Shown piece after piece: positions 1 to 6,916 of a stretch of 32,000 nt of DNA. The stretch's first letter is position 1; every line of letters starts with the position of its first letter. This stretch comes from Candidatus Nanosynbacter lyticus. GTDB lineage: Bacteria; Patescibacteriota; Saccharimonadia; Saccharimonadales; Saccharimonadaceae. Below the pieces are notes generated by a model that was given only the letters and a program-made list of their open reading frames with translations, was not told the DNA's origin and did no database searches. The stretch lies in assembly GCF_030253515.1 (NCBI RefSeq), contig NZ_CP124549.1:210001-242000 (forward strand), in the 5' to 3' direction. Both the position numbers and the translations under genes were made by a program.

Positions 1-1138
1 TATCGTTGACGCGGCTGGCGATAAAAAAGTAATTATGGTCAATAAAAAGATTGAAGCAGATAAGAAAGATAAATTACCAGAATATGGCAATTCGGCAGAA
101 GAAGCTGACAAAAATAAAGCATCGGCGGCGCGCAGCAAATATTTGCTCAACGACAAGGATTTGGAAAAGATCCGACGAACACCGCACGTAAAAACGGTAA
201 CGCCGGCGTATTCGACTGATGGCGTGGCGTATGCTAAAAGTTCAGCGAGTGATAAAAAATTTGCACTGACGGTGGGTGTTAAAATGGATAGGACTCGGGC
301 GGAATTGGCAGCAGGAACCCTGGAGGATTTTATGCCAAAACCGGGCGAGATTATCATCCCGAATGATTATGTGAAGCAGTTAGGCTTTAAGGATGCGCAG
401 TCGGCAATTGGCCAGACGATAACCTTGGGTGTGCGTAGCGCAGCGCAGGGCGGCAATGTCGCCAAAGAGGTATCATTCAAGATCGCGGCGGTGGACAAAA
501 AATCAGACACCATTTTGTTTTATGAACCAATGCTGAGGATTTCGACGGCTGATGCCAAGGCTATTTATGAATTCAGCCACGACAAGAGTCAACCGCATCA
601 GTATTCAACGGCGATTGCTATGGTGGATGATGAGAAAAATGTTGATACCGTGAAAGACGAAATCAATAAAGATTACAGTGCGTATTCGATTCAGGATATT
701 CGAAAAACGTTGCTGACAATGGTCAATGTGGCTCAAGCGGCACTGGCGTCATTTGGTGGATTAGCATTGCTGGCCAGTGTGTTCGGGATTATTAACACTA
801 TGTATATTTCGGTGCTGGAGCGTACCAGCCAAATTGGTTTAATGAAGGCGCTGGGGATGCGTGGTCGTGATATTGGTAAGTTGTTCCGTTATGAGGCAGC
901 GTGGGTTGGCTTGTTAGGCGGACTGATTGGCGTTGGGCTGGCAAGCTTGGTGACGCTATTAAACCCAGTAATTACCAGTGTCTTAAGATTAGGTGCCGGG
1001 ACTAATTTGCTAGTAATTGATCCGCTGCAAATCGGGCTACTGGTCTTTGGACTAGTGGTGATGGCGGTAATTTCTGGCTGGCTGCCAAGCCGCAAAGCAA
1101 CAAAATTAGACCCAATTGAGGCATTAAGGACGGAATAG
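1..1138 (+). CDS. ABC transporter permease, MacB/FtsX type (5' end outside window)
   Basis: The frame is open from base 2 through the first ATG at 35. The product lacks the N-terminal TM helix present in the paralog at 5417-6775. A long hydrophilic region is followed by an FtsX-type C-terminal TM bundle. It shares identical runs with the paralog: ISVLERT, QIGLMKALG, LFRYEAAWVG, KLDPIEALRTE. Confidence 0.9.
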   Translation, partial: IVDAAGDKKVIMVNKKIEADKKDKLPEYGNSAEEADKNKASAARSKYLLNDKDLEKIRRTPHVKTVTPAYSTDGVAYAKSSASDKKFALTVGVKMDRTRAELAAGTLEDFMPKPGEIIIPNDYVKQLGFKDAQSAIGQTITLGVRSAAQGGNVAKEVSFKIAAVDKKSDTILFYEPMLRISTADAKAIYEFSHDKSQPHQYSTAIAMVDDEKNVDTVKDEINKDYSAYSIQDIRKTLLTMVNVAQAALASFGGLALLASVFGIINTMYISVLERTSQIGLMKALGMRGRDIGKLFRYEAAWVGLLGGLIGVGLASLVTLLNPVITSVLRLGAGTNLLVIDPLQIGLLVFGLVVMAVISGWLPSRKATKLDPIEALRTE

Positions 1139-1148
1139 GAGAGAGGTC

Positions 1149-1847
1149 ATGATTGAACTAAAAGATGTAACGAAGATTTACGGCAAAAAGAAAAACCAAT
1201 TTACCGCGCTGAAAAATGTCAGCTTGACTATTCCGACAGGAGCCAGCGTGGCAATCCTCGGCAAATCTGGTTCTGGAAAATCGACGCTGATGCACGCGAT
1301 TTCCGGGCTGGACAGGCCGCAGCACGGCCAGGTGATCATCGACGGGCAAGACATCTTGCAGCTGAAGCCGAAGCGCGTCGATGAGTTTCGCGCCAAGAAA
1401 ATCGGCTTCATCTTCCAGAGTTTTTTTGTCCAAGGCAATGAGAGCGTGGTTGATAACGTTAGCTTGCCGCTGGAAATTGCCCGGTTGCCGCGCAAAAAGC
1501 GAGCGCACAAAATTAACGCGGCGCTTAAGGCGGTGGATTTGTACGATAAGCGCAAAAACCGTGCCAAAGATTTGTCGGGCGGGCAAAAGCAGCGCTTGGC
1601 GATTGCTAGGGCGATTGTCGGCGATCCGCAAATCATCTTTGCCGACGAGCCGACCGGCAACCTGGACAGCGAAACTGGTGCTAAGGTGGAAGGATTGCTA
1701 TTTGATTATAATAAGCAAAAGGGTGTCACGCTGATTGTAGTGACACACGACGTCGACCTGGCGAAGAAATGCGATTATCAGATCATAATTAAAGACGGGC
1801 GGGTTGAGAAATCGACCGTGCCAGAGGAGAAAAAGCATGGACGTTAG
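1149..1847 (+). CDS. ABC transporter ATP-binding protein (MacB/LolD-like)
   Basis: Walker A GKSGSGKST, Q-loop FIFQSF, signature LSGGQKQR, Walker B IIFADEPTGNLD, H-loop VVTHD. AGGAGAG lies 5 nt upstream of ATG 1149. Confidence 0.95.
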   Translation: MIELKDVTKIYGKKKNQFTALKNVSLTIPTGASVAILGKSGSGKSTLMHAISGLDRPQHGQVIIDGQDILQLKPKRVDEFRAKKIGFIFQSFFVQGNESVVDNVSLPLEIARLPRKKRAHKINAALKAVDLYDKRKNRAKDLSGGQKQRLAIARAIVGDPQIIFADEPTGNLDSETGAKVEGLLFDYNKQKGVTLIVVTHDVDLAKKCDYQIIIKDGRVEKSTVPEEKKHGR

Positions 1848-2181
1848 TGCTTACGCCGAAAGCTTAGCGATTCAGCTGCGTAAAGGTTTTTTGGTGTACT
1901 GCGTACTGTTAGTGTGTGCTAAACAACCACAGTACACTGGTGATATCGTCAAGCAACTGAGCGAGTCGGAGCTGATGGTGGTTGAGGGGACAATTTACCC
2001 GCTGCTCAGCCGCTTGCAAAAATACGGCTATTTGCAGCACGAATGGCAAGAAAGCGAACAGGGACCGCCGCGCAAATACTATTCACTCACCGACACCGGT
2101 GCACAGCTAGTAAATGAATTGAAGGATCGTATAAAAATGTTGAACACTTCGCTAAAAGATCTTGAGAAAGGAGCAAAGTGA
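1837..2181 (+). CDS. PadR-family winged-helix transcriptional regulator
   Basis: PadR-like motifs YTGDIVKQL ... GTIYPLLSRLQKYGYL ... RKYYSLTDTG. I moved the start from the track's TTG 1804 to ATG 1837, which has GAGGAG (1824-1829) 7 nt upstream. It overlaps the upstream ATPase gene by 11 nt. Confidence 0.85.
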   Translation: MDVSAYAESLAIQLRKGFLVYCVLLVCAKQPQYTGDIVKQLSESELMVVEGTIYPLLSRLQKYGYLQHEWQESEQGPPRKYYSLTDTGAQLVNELKDRIKMLNTSLKDLEKGAK

Positions 2182-3464
2182 TGAAAGAAATAACCAGAAT
2201 CCATTTGGCAAAAACGCCGTTTAGTGTGGAAGTTGATGCTAAAAAATCATTGGAAAAATACCTGAATTTAATCCAGAAAAACATGCATGCCGAGCCAGAA
2301 GCTATGCGCGAAATTGAAGCGCGAATGGTGGAGCTTTTGGCGGAGCGCGGCGTGTCGAAGGACGGCGTGATCAGTCACGACGACGTTTTGGCAGTGCAAA
2401 AACAAATGGGCGAACCGCGCGATTTTTCGGATGATGACGAGGCGGTGGAGACCGATGACGAGCCCGAGCGTTCAGAGCGACGGCTGATGCGTGATACGGA
2501 ACATGCGCTGATTGGTGGCGTGTGTGCAGGCATCGCTGCCTATTGGGGAACCAATCCTTTGTGGGTACGGTTGTTGTTCATTTTTTCGCCATTTATTACC
2601 TTTGGCGCAGCGGTACTGATTTATATCGTGATGTGGCTGTCAGTTCCAGAGGCGCGGACTGCCTCTGATAAGCTCCAGATGCGCGGCAAGGCGGTAACGT
2701 TTGATTCGCTGAAGCGTCAGGCCAGTCGGAATGAGTCATCCGTAGGGCGGAATAATAACACGGGTCATACGGCAGCAAAAGTGTTTCGATTTATTCTTGG
2801 TGTTGGTATTCTCATGGTAACGCTGGGGCTGTTGGTGGCGCTGATCGTGGGGGCGATCAGTGGCATCGCGGTGATTGGTTTGCTTGATGGATTCTATGCA
2901 CAGCCGTGGGCGTGGGGTCTGTGGGCATCCTTACTCGTTGGTGGCGTGGCGGCGGTATGGCTGGGCGCGATATTGAGCCACAGCGCCTTTACGTGGACAT
3001 TAAAGCGGCTATCGGTGGTTATGACGGTGGTGGCGCTAGTTGTGGGAGCGCTATCGGTTTCGGGAATGACGCTGTTTGGTGTCGGTATGGCGAATGAGCT
3101 AGCACGTGACGAGGAGCGCTTGACAAAAATCGTGCCGGTTGAACTGCCAAGTGATATGAAGGGCGTGAAGTATGTCCACGTCGAGGGTGGAAGTGTCCCG
3201 TTACATTTTGGGGATACGACCCGAGGTGATATCAAGATTGAACTGCGCTATATAGACCTCAAGGGCAAGCGCCAGCAGCCAAAGGTGTCGGCGGTACGTG
3301 ACGGTGATAAGCTTGTGCTCAGAGTTGAAAATCAGCGTAGTCGCTGTCGCACAACGTGGTTTGGCCTCTCGCCAGAGCTTGACGTCGACTGCTTCGGGTT
3401 TGTGCGATTGCACGTGTCTGGGCCGCTGTCGCCATCGCCCGTACCACAATCAAGCAACGCATAG
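2178..3464 (+). CDS. PspC-domain membrane protein with DUF1700-like N-terminal domain and beta-rich C-terminal domain
   Basis: PspC signature LIGGVCAGIAAYWGTNPLWVRLLFIF and about 4 further hydrophobic helices. The N-terminal ~85 aa has the helical pattern seen in PadR-partner DUF1700 proteins (recalled from memory, not searched). The start (GTG 2178 or ATG 2181) overlaps the PadR stop TGA at 2179-2181. Confidence 0.8.
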   Translation: MMKEITRIHLAKTPFSVEVDAKKSLEKYLNLIQKNMHAEPEAMREIEARMVELLAERGVSKDGVISHDDVLAVQKQMGEPRDFSDDDEAVETDDEPERSERRLMRDTEHALIGGVCAGIAAYWGTNPLWVRLLFIFSPFITFGAAVLIYIVMWLSVPEARTASDKLQMRGKAVTFDSLKRQASRNESSVGRNNNTGHTAAKVFRFILGVGILMVTLGLLVALIVGAISGIAVIGLLDGFYAQPWAWGLWASLLVGGVAAVWLGAILSHSAFTWTLKRLSVVMTVVALVVGALSVSGMTLFGVGMANELARDEERLTKIVPVELPSDMKGVKYVHVEGGSVPLHFGDTTRGDIKIELRYIDLKGKRQQPKVSAVRDGDKLVLRVENQRSRCRTTWFGLSPELDVDCFGFVRLHVSGPLSPSPVPQSSNA

Positions 3465-3533
3465 TGAGCGTGAAGGTTGGCGAATGCTTACTGAGCTGCT
3501 ACACTGAAGGGATGAGAAGGAGCTATTAAGCAA

Positions 3534-4376
3534 GTGGCGTGGTGGCAGGCGATTATCCTCGGCATCATTGAAGGCGTAACGGAGTTTCTGCCAGTTTCTT
3601 CGACGGGGCACTTGACGATTGTCGAGAAGTTGATGGGGATGAGAATTGATGATCCGAGCCTGACGGCGTTCACGGCAGTAATTCAGATCGGCGCGATCTT
3701 GGCAGCGATCATCTATTTCTGGGGCGATATTTGGCGGGTGCTAAGCGCCTGGTGGCGTGGGCTGTGGTGGAAGCGGGCGCGGCGACAGTTTGATTATGTG
3801 TATGGCTGGGCGATTATTATCGGTTCGGTGCCGATCGCAGTGATTGGACTACTGTTTAAGGATCAGGTCGAGACGGTGCTGCGTAGTTTGTGGTTTGTGG
3901 CGGTGGCGTTGATCGGCTGGAGCCTGGTGATGTGGTGGGCCGATAGGCGTTCAGAGAAAGCCAGTCACCGCAGCGAGCAGCAAACGACGTGGCGAGATAC
4001 GCTGGCGATTGGTGTGGGGCAGTGCCTGGCCTTGATACCGGGTATCAGTCGGTCGGGAGCAACGATCTCGGTGGGGCTGCTGCGGGGATTTGACCGAGTG
4101 ACGGTGACGAAGTTGAGCTTTTTCCTCGGTATCCCGGCGCTGGTGGCAGCGGGGCTGCTGGAGATGCTGACCGCCTCAAAGCACATTGCCGGCGGTGTCG
4201 GCTGGACAGCGACGGGACTTGCGACAATTGTATCGTTTGTGGTTGGCTACCTTGCGATATCGTGGCTGCTCAAGTTTGTGGCGCGGAATGACTTCTCGCT
4301 ATTTATTTGGTATCGAGTCGGGCTGGGCGTGCTGATCATTGCTTTGCTGATGAGTGGCGCGATCGGTGCGGTTTAG
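3534..4376 (+). CDS. uppP: undecaprenyl-diphosphate phosphatase (BacA/UppP)
   Basis: N-terminal GIIEGVTEFLPVSSTGHL and later PGISRSGATI motifs, polytopic membrane protein of 280 aa. GTG start with AAGGAG at 3517-3522. Confidence 0.9.
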   Translation: MAWWQAIILGIIEGVTEFLPVSSTGHLTIVEKLMGMRIDDPSLTAFTAVIQIGAILAAIIYFWGDIWRVLSAWWRGLWWKRARRQFDYVYGWAIIIGSVPIAVIGLLFKDQVETVLRSLWFVAVALIGWSLVMWWADRRSEKASHRSEQQTTWRDTLAIGVGQCLALIPGISRSGATISVGLLRGFDRVTVTKLSFFLGIPALVAAGLLEMLTASKHIAGGVGWTATGLATIVSFVVGYLAISWLLKFVARNDFSLFIWYRVGLGVLIIALLMSGAIGAV

Positions 4377-4574
4377 CTCGCCGTTAAAAGCGTATGGTCA
4401 CTTTTCATGCTGCTACCTCGTATTCTTTGGATTGGGCGACTACGGACGCGACTAGGAAATTATAAGTTTTGATCACATTCTTCATTCTATGATACGATTG
4501 TAATATAGAGGTCAGGCTTGGTTATGACATCTTGTCCTTGTTACGACGAGAAACTGCAGGAGTTAGGAGGGAGA

Positions 4575-5420
4575 ATGATAGAGGTCAAACATATTACCAA
4601 GACGTACGGCGGCAAGAAAAATGCTTTCGTGGCGTTAGATGATGTTAATATCGAGATCGCGGATGGGGCGAGTGTGGCGATTTTAGGAAAATCTGGTTCG
4701 GGCAAGTCGACGCTGATGCACGCCATCTCGGGATTGGATAAGCCTGAGCGGGGCGAAGTGTTGATTGATGGCGAGGATATTTTGTGCCTCAAGACGTGGG
4801 CAATAGATAGATTTCGCGCCGAGAAGATAGGCTTTATCTTTCAGAGTTTTTTCGTCGAAGGTGATGAAACGTGTTATGACAATGTCAGTTTGTCGCTGGA
4901 AACTGCTGGCGTCCCTCGTGCTCGGCGCAAGCGGCGCATCGAGTCGGCATTAAAAGCGGTTGATTTGACTGATAAGACCAGGGTGCGTGCTAAACATCTC
5001 TCTGGTGGGCAAAAGCAGCGCCTGGCGATCGCCCGGGCTATTGCCGGTGAACCAGCGATCTTGTTCGCCGATGAGCCGACCGGCAATCTTGACTCGGTAA
5101 CGTCGGCGATGATTGAAGATCTGTTATTTGAGTATCAAAAACAGCACGGCGCAACCTTGATTATCGTGACGCATGATGAAGATTTGGCGAAACGATGTGA
5201 GCGGATTGTTCGTATCAAAGATGGTCGAGTTGAATCTGATTCGGCGATTGAAGACGCAATTCGGATCGCTCAAGGTAAAACGGTGGCCTCGAGGGCTCAT
5301 CGTCATGCCGCCACGGTGACAATTGCTGCCGCAGCTCCTCTACCTGAGCCAAAGAAGCCTCGTCGCCAGACGAAACAGTTAAGAACCACGAAAGCTATCA
5401 AGAAGGAGGCGAAGAAATGA
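4575..5420 (+). CDS. ABC transporter ATP-binding protein, paralog of 1149-1847, with basic C-terminal tail
   Basis: It shares GASVAILGKSGSGKSTLMHAISGLD, KIGFIFQSFFV, LSGGQKQRLAIARAI and FADEPTGNLDS with the first ATPase. I moved the start from 4518 to ATG 4575, which aligns with the paralog's MIE(L/V)K and follows AGGAGGG. An extra ~60-aa Ala/Pro/Lys/Arg-rich tail is present. Confidence 0.93.
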   Translation: MIEVKHITKTYGGKKNAFVALDDVNIEIADGASVAILGKSGSGKSTLMHAISGLDKPERGEVLIDGEDILCLKTWAIDRFRAEKIGFIFQSFFVEGDETCYDNVSLSLETAGVPRARRKRRIESALKAVDLTDKTRVRAKHLSGGQKQRLAIARAIAGEPAILFADEPTGNLDSVTSAMIEDLLFEYQKQHGATLIIVTHDEDLAKRCERIVRIKDGRVESDSAIEDAIRIAQGKTVASRAHRHAATVTIAAAAPLPEPKKPRRQTKQLRTTKAIKKEAKK

Positions 5421-6775
5421 AAACGCTAGATATCGTGCGTCGGGCTGGGCGGAATCTGCGGCGAGCTAAGATGCGCACCTTGCTCACTAGTATCGCCATC
5501 GCGGTGGGTGGCTTTGCGATTACCGCCAGTTTGATGGCTGGCGAGGGTGCGCGGCAATATATTGACAGGATCATCAGCAGTAATATTAATCCTCAAGGAT
5601 TGATGATTGGCAAGGCGAGTGAGGCGTTTACCGGTCGCAGCAATAAGCCACTTAAGGAGTATAAGCCGGACACTGGTACACATCGTGGCGCAGAAGTTGA
5701 GCTATTGACTCTTGATGATATAGCCAAACTGAAGGCGCGCAGTGACTTGAAAGATGTGACGCCGCTATATCAATTGAACCCAAAATACCTGACGTTTAGT
5801 ACCAAGTCTGATAAAAAGTACACGGGCGAGGTAGCGATGCGCGATAGCGGTATTCGTGTTGAGACAGTAGCGGGCAAGGCGATGTCTAAGGGTACTCAGT
5901 TGGGGGATAATGAAGTGATAATACCAGAGTCCTACCTTGAGGAATTGGGAATCTCTGCGGACAAGATCATCGGTAGCAAGTTGACGCTCACCGTTGAGCA
6001 AGCGCCGCAGAAAGTCAGTGAAGAGGACATTGCCAAGGCGTATCGGCAGCGCGGCGAGGCTGGCGTGCGTGAACTAACAAGTAGTAAGTTGAAGCACAAA
6101 GAGCTGACCATTGTAGCGGTATCAAAGAAATCGCCGGAGCAAGCGACGAATACACCAAATACCTATGTCAGCCCAGAGACTGCCAAGGAGCTGACTGAAT
6201 TTGCAACGCTCGGTACGCCGCAGTACCAAAAGTATATTACCGCTTCAGCAACGGTGGCTGATGGTAAAAAGCCCGAAGACGTCAAGAAAGCTCTTAAAGA
6301 TGAATTGAACCTGTCAGTGGTAACTTCGAAAGATATCCAGGAGCTGCTCTTTACGTTCGTAAACTTGCTGCAGTGGATTGTGTTTGGGTTTGGTGTGTTG
6401 GCCTTGGTGGTGAGTATATTTGGCATCGTCAATACTCAATACATTTCGGTGTTGGAGCGAACGCAACAGATTGGACTAATGAAGGCGCTTGGTGCTAGTC
6501 GGCGTGATATTGCCAGGCTGTTCCGTTACGAAGCAGCATGGGTTGGCTTCCTGGGTGGTGCACTCGGAGTGCTCGGCGCGTGGGGAATTGGTGAGTTGTG
6601 TAACCCAATGATCTCTAAGGCGCTTAATTTGGGGGAACATTCACTCCTGATATTTGTACCAATTAGCGGTCTCGTCATTGTCGTCGGGTTGATGTTAGTA
6701 GCAATTATTGCGGGATTCTTGCCGAGCCGCAAAGCGGCGAAGCTTGACCCAATTGAGGCGCTGCGTACGGAATGA
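5417..6775 (+). CDS. ABC transporter permease, MacB/FtsX type (full length)
   Basis: N-terminal TM helix (LLTSIAIAVGGFAITASLMAG), a ~270-aa extracytoplasmic domain, then the FtsX C-terminal bundle. The ATGA start/stop overlap with the ATPase gene suggests translational coupling. Confidence 0.93.
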   Translation: MKTLDIVRRAGRNLRRAKMRTLLTSIAIAVGGFAITASLMAGEGARQYIDRIISSNINPQGLMIGKASEAFTGRSNKPLKEYKPDTGTHRGAEVELLTLDDIAKLKARSDLKDVTPLYQLNPKYLTFSTKSDKKYTGEVAMRDSGIRVETVAGKAMSKGTQLGDNEVIIPESYLEELGISADKIIGSKLTLTVEQAPQKVSEEDIAKAYRQRGEAGVRELTSSKLKHKELTIVAVSKKSPEQATNTPNTYVSPETAKELTEFATLGTPQYQKYITASATVADGKKPEDVKKALKDELNLSVVTSKDIQELLFTFVNLLQWIVFGFGVLALVVSIFGIVNTQYISVLERTQQIGLMKALGASRRDIARLFRYEAAWVGFLGGALGVLGAWGIGELCNPMISKALNLGEHSLLIFVPISGLVIVVGLMLVAIIAGFLPSRKAAKLDPIEALRTE

Positions 6776-6859
6776 CTGGCTCATACTACTTAATTATAGC
6801 TGACCTGTCGTAATTACCCGCGATTTTTGATAAAAATTATGGCTTTTAGAATGTGCTCA

Positions 6860-6868
6860 TGCTATAAT
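6860..6868 (+). promoter_or_regulatory. extended -10 box TGCTATAAT upstream of the collagen-like gene
   Basis: Exact TGCTATAAT lies 48 nt upstream of ATG 6917 in an AT-rich intergenic region. A second TATAAT (6906-6911) and a TACAAT (6911-6916) abut the start codon. Confidence 0.5.
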
Positions 6869-6916
6869 CGTGCTAAATAGGCGTATAGCAAGATCAAATA
6901 GGGGATATAATACAAT

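Noticed and set aside
1158-1660. 157-aa and 160-aa ORFs antisense to the first ABC ATPase, with similar ones at 4541-5086 opposite the second ATPase.
   Set aside because: They lie opposite strongly conserved Walker and signature motifs, which is typical of shadow ORFs.
4377-4574. The 198-bp intergenic region before the second ABC module, checked for a tRNA, a riboswitch or a PadR operator.
   Set aside because: There is no tRNA-like T-arm or anticodon structure and no convincing ATGT-N8-ACAT palindrome. I saw only a TGATCA palindrome, a CATTCT direct repeat, a TAATAT -10-like box and an AGGAGGG Shine-Dalgarno sequence. A regulatory site may exist, but I cannot support one.
2179-6775. Possible UGA recoding (genetic code 25 or 4), as in some candidate phyla.
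   Set aside because: TGA terminates PadR (2179-2181), the second ATPase (5418-5420), the second permease (6773-6775), ftsE and the kinase exactly where the next gene starts. RF2, which reads UGA, is encoded in the window.
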